Source of the DNA: Clostridia bacterium
GTDB lineage: Bacteria; Bacillota; Clostridia; TANB77; CAG-465
Length of the DNA: 64,000 nucleotides
Direction of reading: 5' to 3'
NCBI GenBank assembly: GCA_900772475.1
Contig: CAAHEI010000085.1
Span: 3,125 to 67,124, forward strand
The notes beneath the pieces are model-generated. The model worked only from the letters and a program-made list of their open reading frames with translations. It made no database searches and was not told the DNA's origin. The position numbers were made by a program, and so were the translations under genes. Numbering within the stretch: position 1 is the first letter of the stretch; every line of letters starts with the position of its first letter. Positions 53,541 through 62,204 of the stretch are shown here, piece after piece.

Positions 53541-53930
53541 TTACACGCCTCTTTCTTGAAAAAATTTAAATACTGTAAGAATAACAAGTAATATACCAGA
53601 AATTAAGTTTAAAACATTTGCAGGAATTTTCTTCATAACTTTTGTTCCAATAATTCCTGATATACAAGCAATAACAATAAGTGGTGTAATTATTTTGTAA
53701 TCAAAATTTATCACATTTCTATATCCAAAAATAGCAAACATGCTTGAAACTGAAAGTACAGCTACACTTAAAGCCCTTACTTTGTGTGTCTCTAATTTTA
53801 AAAAATATATTAAATAGAATACTAAAACCTGTCCTGAACCAGCAGCAAACATACAATTTAAAACTCCCACGAAAAATCCTACTAAATAAATCATATTTTT
53901 ATTATTTGTAAAAAAAAAGAAAACATGCAA
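53541..53930 (-). CDS. TauE/SafE (TSUP) family transporter, half-size subunit
   Basis: The ORF is 129 aa; a more plausible start is MIYLVGFF at 53894. It has four TM helices and the motif AAGSGQVLVFYL. The stop is 2 nt from the next half-size gene. Confidence 0.6.
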   Translation of the reverse strand: MHVFFFFTNNKNMIYLVGFFVGVLNCMFAAGSGQVLVFYLIYFLKLETHKVRALSVAVLSVSSMFAIFGYRNVINFDYKIITPLIVIACISGIIGTKVMKKIPANVLNLISGILLVILTVFKFFQERGV

Positions 53931-53962
53931 GATTTATCCTGCATGTTTTTAATTATATTTTT

Positions 53963-56900
53963 TTATTCTTTTTTGTTTAAATCATCGTTATTATATTTTG
54001 GTGTAATGTCAATCATTTCATTTTCTAACTCCTCTATTTTTTTTGAAGAGTTGTCTACTTGTATAACATTACTATTATCTTTAGCTTGTTCTTCCTCTAT
54101 TTTGTTATCTTTACTTTTTACTTTTTCATCTGTACTAATTGATGTTATATTTTGATTTTGTATGCATTCTGTACTTTGTGAAATATTATCTTTGTTTTCT
54201 TGCAAGTTAACATTATTATCTAAATTTTGATCATTACCTATGATAACATCACTTTGATCTTTTACATCTTGAATGCTATTTTTTACACCATTTTCACTTT
54301 CACTTGTTAAATTATTAACCTTGTCAGATTCATCTTTACTAATTATATTATTACAATTACCGTTCGGATTATTATTTTCATATGGACTAGAATTATTATC
54401 CTCTGGTGGATTTGGATTATCCTTTTTATTTTTTATTATCTTATATAAAATATACACTATAACACTTCCAGCTGTAACTATAACTACAATTAGAGTATTT
54501 GTGCTTAAAAATCCACCAGTTACAGGTAATTTCTTGTGTTCATTTGAAACTTTCTTTTCAACCATTTCATTATTCTTTTTAATTTTTATATCATATGTTT
54601 TTGAATCAATAATATATTCATCTGGCACCTCAACTTCTTGGTATATATATTCACCAGTTGGTAATGATTTAGTTGTTGCAACTCCATTTTCATCTGTAAC
54701 AATTGCGTCTACAATATCATTATTTGACTTATCAATTACATTAAATTTTGCATTTGCTATTGCAACTTTACTATCCTTATCAATTTTTAAAATCTTTATA
54801 TTTCCATGAGATCTTTTATTTACAACTTTTACAGTAGCCTCTAAGTTTTTAGCATTAATCTCAAAGTCATATTCATTTGTATCTAAAACATATTTATCAG
54901 GTACATCGATCTCTTTATATTTATATTTTCCTAGTTTTAAATTATCTAAAGTTGCTGTCCCCGTAGAATCTGTTTTTATTGTTCCAACATTCTTATTTTC
55001 ACTATTTAAAATTTGGAATTTTACTCCTTCTATTGGAGAATCATTTTCATCAACTTTGATAATCTTTATTTTTCCTCTTACTTGAATATTTTTAACTTTT
55101 TTTTCAAGCATTTCATTATTTTTCTTGATTTTAAATTCATATTTTTGGTTATCTAAAACATATTCAGGTGGTACTTCCACTTCCTGATAAAAATAATCAC
55201 CTGTTGGCAAAGCTTTTGTTCTTGCAATACCATTTTCATCAGTTATAATTGTATCAGCAACTTTATTACTTGATCTTTCTATTATATTAAATTTTACCTT
55301 TGAAACTGGTTGCTTAGTTTCTTTATCTAATTTTATAATCTTTAAAATTCCCTTTGCTCTTTGGTTTACAATCTTAGCATTAACTTCTCTTGATTCTGAA
55401 GTTATTTCAAATTCATATTCTTTCTCATCCAAAACATACAGATATGGTGTGTGGATTTCTCTATATTTATACTTTCCAACAGGTAAATTTTGTACTTGTG
55501 CAATTCCATTAGCATCCGTAATAACTGTAGAAATCACTTTATTATCTGAGTCAATTATCTCAAATTTTACCCCTCCTATAGGAGCATCATTTTCATCAAC
55601 TTTTATAATTTTAATTACACCATATATTTTTTTATCAATTTCAGTCTGTTCTACCACTTGATTTAAAGTTTCAATTTTAAATGTATACTCTTTTGTATCC
55701 AAATCATATCCATAAGGAGCTTTTACCTCTTTGTATGTATATGAACCCTTACCTAAATCTGGAGATATAGCCTTACCGTTTTTATCGGTTGTAAGTTTTG
55801 CAATTACCTTTTTATTAGAATCATATATTTCAAATTCTGCACCTTCTAAAGGTTTATTTTCATCATCACCCACTTTTAAAATTTGTAATTTTCCAACTAT
55901 TTTTTCATTTGTAATACTTTCTCTTACAACACTATTTTTTTCTGTAATACTAAAAGTTCTTGTTTCGGTATCCATAATAAATCCATCTGGAACTGATACT
56001 TCTTTATATGTATATGTACCTTTTTCTAACTCAGGACTAGTTGCAATACCATTTGCATCTGTTGTAATTTTTGCAACTACTTTGTTCTTTGCATCATATA
56101 TTTCAAAAACCGCTCCAGCAATTGGTGTTTTTGCTTTCTTTTCTAATTTTGTTATTTGAAGTACACCTTTTACCTTTGTATTTTTTACTTCAACACTTGT
56201 TGTTTTATTTCTATTTACAGTTACATTATAGCTTGCTTTTTCAATAATATATCCATCTGGAACTGAACTTTCAGTTAAAGTATATTTACCAAGATCTAAT
56301 TTGTTAAAACTTAAGTTACCCTTTGCATCTGTTTTACCAGTTGCGACCTGTTTTCCTGTAGAATCTTTCAATGCAAATTCTGCACCTTGTACAGGTTTTT
56401 TATCTTGATCAGATTTTACAATTTTTATATTTCCTTTACTTTCTTCCCAAGACGCTGTAGCATTTCCTGATACGTTAACTTGTTCTGTATCTAAGAAAAC
56501 AAAGTTTTGCCAACTACCTCTTCCATATATAACTCCTACATATTTATTAGCTTTTGAAGTTGCATTTATTTTAAGAGAACCAGCTGGAAGTGACTTCTTA
56601 ACTAATACATATATTTCCTCATTTTTTGAAAATGAAGATTTTTCTTTATTATTTTTATCAACAATTTTTGTTCCAGCCGGTTGACTAGATAATGAAATAT
56701 TTATTTTATTTATAGAAGAAAATCCTGATATTGTTGCTTTATATGGTCCAATTTTAATTTGACTATCACTATATTCGTAATTTACTTTTGCTTTAGACGA
56801 GTCAAGTTTGAATGTACCTGGATTATAACTAGTCTTTAATAATTTGTTAGCTATTTTTTTACTATTTTTTAACATATCACCTGTATGTGAACTATACTTC

Positions 56901-57394
56901 AAATTTGCTTGAAGTTTATTCATGTCAAAATTTAATCCCTTAGTATCTGATGTTCCATTTACAGCAGTCCAAACAGCCATCTGAGTTGCAAGATATGCTT
57001 CATCATTATTAGCAGCTCCTAATTGTGCTGCACTTTTTGTAGGATAACCGTTCATAAGTACTGCGACTGCCTTGTTTGATTTTACATTTCCAATATACTG
57101 AAGTCCTGTTCCATTTGGTGGATTTCTTACATCATAATCCATACAATATGCAACGTGTCCTCCCATCCATGATATTGCATAATAACTATATGAATTATGG
57201 TTATTATCAAAAGCATATGGATGTTGTATTCCATCTTTAAATGTATATACCAACGTTTCTCGACCTGCCTTCAAAAAGAATGGATTAACATCAACAAGCA
57301 TAATTAAAGTAAGAATCGCAATCATAATAATCTTAACTCTAGTTTGCCTTAATTTAGAATATCCCTTTCTTATTTTTTCAACTATTTTCTTCAT
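53963..57394 (-). CDS. Thioester-domain (TQxA) surface adhesin with seven tandem SpaA/CnaB-type Ig-like domains, LPVTG, a TM helix and a long low-complexity tail
   Basis: The start is the ATG at 57392-57394, after GGAGGAG. The Cys context is HVAYCMDYD and the Gln context is YLATQMAVW, which is the thioester pair. There are seven ~90-aa repeats (G.[IL]KI.K.D....P..GA.F.I.D...K.....TD.NG.A....L..G.Y.Y.E...P..Y). LPVTG is at 54515-54529. Confidence 0.8.
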   Translation of the reverse strand: MKKIVEKIRKGYSKLRQTRVKIIMIAILTLIMLVDVNPFFLKAGRETLVYTFKDGIQHPYAFDNNHNSYSYYAISWMGGHVAYCMDYDVRNPPNGTGLQYIGNVKSNKAVAVLMNGYPTKSAAQLGAANNDEAYLATQMAVWTAVNGTSDTKGLNFDMNKLQANLKYSSHTGDMLKNSKKIANKLLKTSYNPGTFKLDSSKAKVNYEYSDSQIKIGPYKATISGFSSINKINISLSSQPAGTKIVDKNNKEKSSFSKNEEIYVLVKKSLPAGSLKINATSKANKYVGVIYGRGSWQNFVFLDTEQVNVSGNATASWEESKGNIKIVKSDQDKKPVQGAEFALKDSTGKQVATGKTDAKGNLSFNKLDLGKYTLTESSVPDGYIIEKASYNVTVNRNKTTSVEVKNTKVKGVLQITKLEKKAKTPIAGAVFEIYDAKNKVVAKITTDANGIATSPELEKGTYTYKEVSVPDGFIMDTETRTFSITEKNSVVRESITNEKIVGKLQILKVGDDENKPLEGAEFEIYDSNKKVIAKLTTDKNGKAISPDLGKGSYTYKEVKAPYGYDLDTKEYTFKIETLNQVVEQTEIDKKIYGVIKIIKVDENDAPIGGVKFEIIDSDNKVISTVITDANGIAQVQNLPVGKYKYREIHTPYLYVLDEKEYEFEITSESREVNAKIVNQRAKGILKIIKLDKETKQPVSKVKFNIIERSSNKVADTIITDENGIARTKALPTGDYFYQEVEVPPEYVLDNQKYEFKIKKNNEMLEKKVKNIQVRGKIKIIKVDENDSPIEGVKFQILNSENKNVGTIKTDSTGTATLDNLKLGKYKYKEIDVPDKYVLDTNEYDFEINAKNLEATVKVVNKRSHGNIKILKIDKDSKVAIANAKFNVIDKSNNDIVDAIVTDENGVATTKSLPTGEYIYQEVEVPDEYIIDSKTYDIKIKKNNEMVEKKVSNEHKKLPVTGGFLSTNTLIVVIVTAGSVIVYILYKIIKNKKDNPNPPEDNNSSPYENNNPNGNCNNIISKDESDKVNNLTSESENGVKNSIQDVKDQSDVIIGNDQNLDNNVNLQENKDNISQSTECIQNQNITSISTDEKVKSKDNKIEEEQAKDNSNVIQVDNSSKKIEELENEMIDITPKYNNDDLNKKE
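54560..56440 (-). repeat. Seven tandem ~270-bp coding repeats (SpaA/CnaB-like domains)
   Basis: Protein-level periodicity. Repeats 4 and 5 resemble repeats 6 and 7 more than the others, for example ...ALPTGDYFYQEVEVPPEYVLD... versus ...SLPTGEYIYQEVEVPDEYIID... Confidence 0.8.
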
Positions 57395-57658
57395 ATATAC
57401 TCCTCCACATATATCAAATATATTCATATTACAAACATTCTAGCACAAAAAAATATATACGTCAAAGCGTTATGTCGTCTTTTTTAACATTTTTTTCGCC
57501 TTTATGCTATATATTTATTTGATTTTGTAGCATTTTAATTTCAATATTACATTTTAATTAAATCTATGACTTCATTTTGTAAAGAAACTAGTTTAATATT
57601 GATTCTACTAACTTTACAAGAGATAAAGCACATGAAGATAAACCTTCATATGCTTTAT

Positions 57659-58927
57659 TTAATATTGCTCTATTATATATTGTTTATACTTTCCATAGTC
57701 TTTTTGATTTAAACAGATTTTAATCAAAGTTCCTCTTTCTGTATAATTTGTTGATAAAAATTTATATTTTTTATTTAAATATGAAGTAATATCACCTCTT
57801 TGAAATGGAATTTCCATTTTACATGTTATATAATGTGTAAAAACTTTATCTGATATTACTTTTATAAGTTGATCTATACCAATATTATTTCTTGCTGAAA
57901 TATACACTTTATTTCCATCAATATATGGTAATTTACTATTACTTACTTTATCACATTTATTAAAAACATATATTACTGGAATATTGTCCGCTCCTATTTC
58001 TTTTAAAGTATCATTTGTAACCCTAATATTTTCATCATAGTCCTCATCAGAATAATCTATAACATGTAGTAATAAATCTGCATTTTTTACTTCATCTAAT
58101 GTACTTCTAAATGCTTTTATAAGGGAATGTGGTAACTCACGTATAAATCCAACTGTATCAGATAATAAAAACTCTTTTCCATCTTTAATTTTTATTTTTC
58201 TTACACTAGTTTCAAGTGTTGCAAAAAGCATATCCTCCTCAAGTACCTTTTTTGAATTATCTGAGCGTGATATATCAACAAAGGTATTTAAAATAGTCGA
58301 TTTTCCCGCATTTGTATAACCAACAAGAGAAACTAAAGGGATCTGTGAATCATTTCTTTTTCTTCTTTGAATATTTCTCCTAATCTTAACCTCATTTAAT
58401 TCTTTATTTAATTTATTAATTCTATCCTCTATTATTCTCCTATCTAGTTCAATCTGTTTTTCACCACTACCTTTATTACTAAGTCCACTTCCTCCACCTT
58501 GCCTTCCAAGAGACATATGAAGTCCTGCAAGTCTTGGCAACATATATCTAAGTTTTGCTATTTCAACTTGCATTTTAGATTCATTTGTCTTAGCTCTTCT
58601 TGCAAAAATTTCAAGAATAATAGAAGTTCTATCTAAAATTTGTATATCTAACTTTGATTCTAAATTTTTTAATTGAGATGGTGAAAGTTCATTATTAAAT
58701 ACAACCATATCAGGTTTACAATCATCTATTTTCTCTTTTATTTCTTCTATTTTTCCAGTTCCGACATAAAATGCTGAATTTATTTCCCTTAAATTTTGTA
58801 TAATGCTCCCAACTGGTTCAATCTCACATGCTTTAACTAATTCTTCTAATTCATTCATAGATTTAAAAAAATACAATTCATCGTTTAAATTTGCTCCAAC
58901 AAGTAGTGCTTTTTGTTTTTCCTCCAT
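57659..58927 (-). CDS. hflX: GTPase HflX
   Basis: 422 aa. An HflX N-terminal domain is followed by G1 GYTNAGKST, G3 DTVGF and G4 NKCD. Confidence 0.9.
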   Translation of the reverse strand: MEEKQKALLVGANLNDELYFFKSMNELEELVKACEIEPVGSIIQNLREINSAFYVGTGKIEEIKEKIDDCKPDMVVFNNELSPSQLKNLESKLDIQILDRTSIILEIFARRAKTNESKMQVEIAKLRYMLPRLAGLHMSLGRQGGGSGLSNKGSGEKQIELDRRIIEDRINKLNKELNEVKIRRNIQRRKRNDSQIPLVSLVGYTNAGKSTILNTFVDISRSDNSKKVLEEDMLFATLETSVRKIKIKDGKEFLLSDTVGFIRELPHSLIKAFRSTLDEVKNADLLLHVIDYSDEDYDENIRVTNDTLKEIGADNIPVIYVFNKCDKVSNSKLPYIDGNKVYISARNNIGIDQLIKVISDKVFTHYITCKMEIPFQRGDITSYLNKKYKFLSTNYTERGTLIKICLNQKDYGKYKQYIIEQY

Positions 58928-59005
58928 AAATAATACCTCTTTATCTAATCTTTACAATATCTGAACAAGTATACCCTATTTATTAAATTTTACCAAATAT
59001 GTTTT

Positions 59006-59542
59006 TTATAAATTCAATAAATAGTTAATTGCTTCACTTGCCGTATCAGTTACTATATATAACTGTCTATTCTTAGGGTCTGCAAACCCTTCGTGATAAA
59101 TTTTATCTAGCATATCAAGTAAATGTCCAAAAAAATTATCTACATTTATTATTATAATTGGAATATTGTGTTCATGATTTCTTCTTGTTTCAATTGCTGT
59201 CATTATCTCATCTACAGTACCAATTCCACCAGGTATGAAAATCATAATATCTGATATTGATGTAAAAGTATTTTTCCTCTCGTTTACAGTATTTGAAACG
59301 TACGATTTACTGTATGATATATTTTTTAAATCACCTTCATATGCCTTAGCACTAGTAACAATAATATCACTTTTGTTACTTTTTGATACTAACGAATAAA
59401 TTTTTCCCATTAATCCATGTTCACATCCACCAAATACAAGATTATGTCCTCCATTTATAATATAGCTAGCTATTTGCTCTGCAACCATATTATAACTTTT
59501 ATTATCAGTATCCCTTGATGAACAACCCACAAATATATTCAT
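59006..59542 (-). CDS. LOG-family (TIGR00730) Rossmann-fold nucleotide-binding protein
   Basis: 178 aa with the PGGIGTVDEI motif (PGGxGTxxE) and GGCEHGLMG. Confidence 0.8.
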   Translation of the reverse strand: MNIFVGCSSRDTDNKSYNMVAEQIASYIINGGHNLVFGGCEHGLMGKIYSLVSKSNKSDIIVTSAKAYEGDLKNISYSKSYVSNTVNERKNTFTSISDIMIFIPGGIGTVDEIMTAIETRRNHEHNIPIIIINVDNFFGHLLDMLDKIYHEGFADPKNRQLYIVTDTASEAINYLLNL

Positions 59543-59592
59543 AGTACGTCTATCCCCTCTTTTAACTTATTTTGCTTTTTTATACTTAAAAA

Positions 59593-59787
59593 TTAATGCA
59601 ATATTTCTTGTACTCTACCAACTTGTCCATCTTCGAGCCTTACCTTAATTCCTCTTGGATGAACTTTACTATTAGTTAGAATATCCTTTACTACTCCTTC
59701 TGTTAAAATCCCAGTTGGCTGATCTTTTTTTAAAACAATTTTAACTCTTAATCCTGGTGTTATATTACTTCTAATTTGATTTTCCAT
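59593..59787 (-). CDS. ywbE: YwbE-family small protein
   Basis: 64 aa. GLRVKIVLKKDQPTGILTEGVVKDILTNSKVHPRGIKVRLEDGQVGRVQEI matches the YwbE/DUF2196 pattern. Confidence 0.8.
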   Translation of the reverse strand: MENQIRSNITPGLRVKIVLKKDQPTGILTEGVVKDILTNSKVHPRGIKVRLEDGQVGRVQEILH

Positions 59788-59896
59788 AACAACCTCCCAA
59801 AAGAATTATATCAAAAAAAATCACCTTATACAATGTATAAAATGATTTTTTAAATATTTTATTTCTAATATTTTATATAAATAACACAATGATTTT

Positions 59897-61210
59897 TTAA
59901 AAACCAGTTTTAGGAAGCTCTATTTTTTCAATTTTTTCTAATTTATTATTCTTAAACTCTACAGATGTAGTGGAACCAACTTTTAACTCTACAATTTTAA
60001 AATCACAATTTTTATCTATGGTATACGGTGCAGGTACTTCTTCCTCTTTTACTTTTACCTTAGTATTTTTAAATATCTTTAGATCTTTTTCTACGTCTAA
60101 ATATATCTTTCCATCTTCATTAGTAGTAAAACTACCAATAAGTTTATCATTCAAATCATATATACTAAATTTAACATTTGGAATATGTATGCTTTCATCT
60201 TCAGCATCTTTTTTTATGATACTTAAATTTGTTTTTACTTCATTAAAATTTCCACCAATATATGAACTTTTTAATTTTACAGGCTCTAAAGTAAGGGATA
60301 AATCTTGCATACCACTTATACTTGATTTAGCAAAAAGAACAGCACTCTCTTTATATCTACTTTTTATATTTATTTTAAAATCTATATTGCCACTGTTACT
60401 TTCTCTAGGTATTAGAACCTTTATTTGTTTATTTTTATTAACACTATCTATTTTGTTGTTATTTTTATCTACAATTAAATAATCTTTAACTCCTTCAATA
60501 CTAATGTCAATATCTAATACATTATCACCATACTCAAGGCTGTAAGTTTTGGAATAATATCTTTCATCTAGTTTATCAATATCATTGCTTTCTAATTCTT
60601 TAATAACTACACCATTTGAATACTGTACTTTGGAATTTAATCCATTATTATATATGTTCTTAACACCTTCGACAACTCTTAAATATTGTTTCTCCATTGG
60701 TGTTATTTGATTTATATCTAAATTATTTAATTTAACCCATATAGCAAACTGAGTTGCATATCTTGCTTCACTTTCGTTTGCAAGGCCAAGCTCACTTACG
60801 GTTTTATATGGATAACCATTTAATACAATGTTATTTACAACACAATCATCTACATATTTCTCCACATCTACGTCATATCCACCATCAATTGTTTCGGCCC
60901 CAGACATTCCTAAATTCATACAATACGCAGGCAAACTTTTAGATTCATTATTTATATAGTAATACTCGTGTATTCTTTGTGGTCTATCTTTATATTTTAT
61001 ATATCTAAAAGAATCCTTGTATGAATAAACATGATATCTTCCAAAATCGTTTGAATTTTTAGTTACAGCTGTACTATATGGAATATTTAAAAAAAACATC
61101 ATCAACATAACAACCACAATAAACTTTCTCTTGTTATTTACTTGCTTGTTTTTTAACTTTTTTTCTTTTACACTATCTTTACTTTTATTAACAATACATA
61201 TTTTTTGCAT
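59897..61210 (-). CDS. Thioester-domain surface protein with one CnaB-like domain, ending in LPKTGF with no membrane anchor
   Basis: 437 aa with a signal/TM N-terminus. The Cys context is LPAYCMNLG and the Gln context is RYATQFAIW. The C-terminus is ...KIELPKTGF followed by the stop. Its SD overlaps the sortase stop codon. Confidence 0.75.
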   Translation of the reverse strand: MQKICIVNKSKDSVKEKKLKNKQVNNKRKFIVVVMLMMFFLNIPYSTAVTKNSNDFGRYHVYSYKDSFRYIKYKDRPQRIHEYYYINNESKSLPAYCMNLGMSGAETIDGGYDVDVEKYVDDCVVNNIVLNGYPYKTVSELGLANESEARYATQFAIWVKLNNLDINQITPMEKQYLRVVEGVKNIYNNGLNSKVQYSNGVVIKELESNDIDKLDERYYSKTYSLEYGDNVLDIDISIEGVKDYLIVDKNNNKIDSVNKNKQIKVLIPRESNSGNIDFKINIKSRYKESAVLFAKSSISGMQDLSLTLEPVKLKSSYIGGNFNEVKTNLSIIKKDAEDESIHIPNVKFSIYDLNDKLIGSFTTNEDGKIYLDVEKDLKIFKNTKVKVKEEEVPAPYTIDKNCDFKIVELKVGSTTSVEFKNNKLEKIEKIELPKTGF

Positions 61211-61220
61211 TCACTCCTCC

Positions 61221-61802
61221 TTATTCTATTGCTTGTACAACCAGCCTTTTATTTGGCTCGTTATCTACACAAGTTATTAAAGTTATTCTATTATCATTTG
61301 TACTATTTAAATAGCCCCAATCATAACTATCAATTTCCAATTTTTTATCCACTTTATATTTCCTAACATTATCTCCTAATTTATATATAACTTCATCACC
61401 AATATTTAGTTTATGTATATTACTAAAATAATTGATTTTGTAACCCCTGTTATGTGCTGCAAGACCAATATTCCCATCTAAATTACTTGTAGTTGGAAAA
61501 TGTCCTACATACCCTTCTAAAGTATCTTGCTCTACACCCTCTTTAATCGGTGCATCATTTAAAAAAATTGCAGGAATTGTAATAGATGAATTTAAAACTA
61601 CAGTATCTTTATGCATATCATTAATATTCTGTATTTTTTCCTCATTTTTATCATTATATATGTTTAAGTTAATATCTGGCGTTTTAAATTTTGATTTATT
61701 TTTATTATTTATAAATAGTAAGGATATAAATATTACAAAAAGAATTAATACTACTAGAAACAAAAAATTTTTACTTGACTTTAATTTATACTTTGACCTC
61801 AA
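61221..61802 (-). CDS. Sortase (class not determinable by eye)
   Basis: The TLITC active-site motif (RITLITCVD), a His region (GLAAHNRG) and a distal Arg (KRLVVQA) are present. The most plausible start is TTG at 61800-61802, 6 nt after AAGGAGG, giving a basic N-terminus plus a TM helix. The ORF track's ATG at 61937 adds 45 atypical residues. Confidence 0.8.
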   Translation of the reverse strand: MRSKYKLKSSKNFLFLVVLILFVIFISLLFINNKNKSKFKTPDINLNIYNDKNEEKIQNINDMHKDTVVLNSSITIPAIFLNDAPIKEGVEQDTLEGYVGHFPTTSNLDGNIGLAAHNRGYKINYFSNIHKLNIGDEVIYKLGDNVRKYKVDKKLEIDSYDWGYLNSTNDNRITLITCVDNEPNKRLVVQAIE

Positions 61803-61942
61803 AAAAAACCTCCTTAGAAAAATTTGAAAGAAACTAATTAGAAAACACACCAAGATTATATCGTCCCATTTTTGCTTTGTCAAGAAATTTTCATCGCAAT
61901 TTTTGACAACAAAAATTATATTACACAAATATATCAAAAGCC

Positions 61943-61963
61943 ATATATATATATATATATATA
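61943..61963. repeat. (AT)10 dinucleotide microsatellite
   Basis: Direct reading. Confidence 0.95.
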
Positions 61964-62204
61964 ATAAGTAACCCTTAAATAAACCAAAGGTTACTTATTT
62001 ATATACTTTATATTATTCATAATATAAAGATTATTTTACATTTTAAATTTTACAGACTATTAATCCAATTATCAATATCTACATTGCTTGTAACAAGATT
62101 ATCAGAATATCCCTCAAAAACAATATTCATTTCTACTTAATTAAATATACTTATCCTTAAATCATCCTTTTAATTGAAAAACAATGTGCTTATAGAGAAT
62201 TTTA

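Noticed and set aside
61963-61999. An 11-bp stem (AATAAGTAACC / GGTTACTTATT) considered as the terminator for the ABC exporter gene.
   Set aside because: The loop is 15 nt, and on the minus strand an AT-dinucleotide tract follows instead of a T-run. It is too weak to call.
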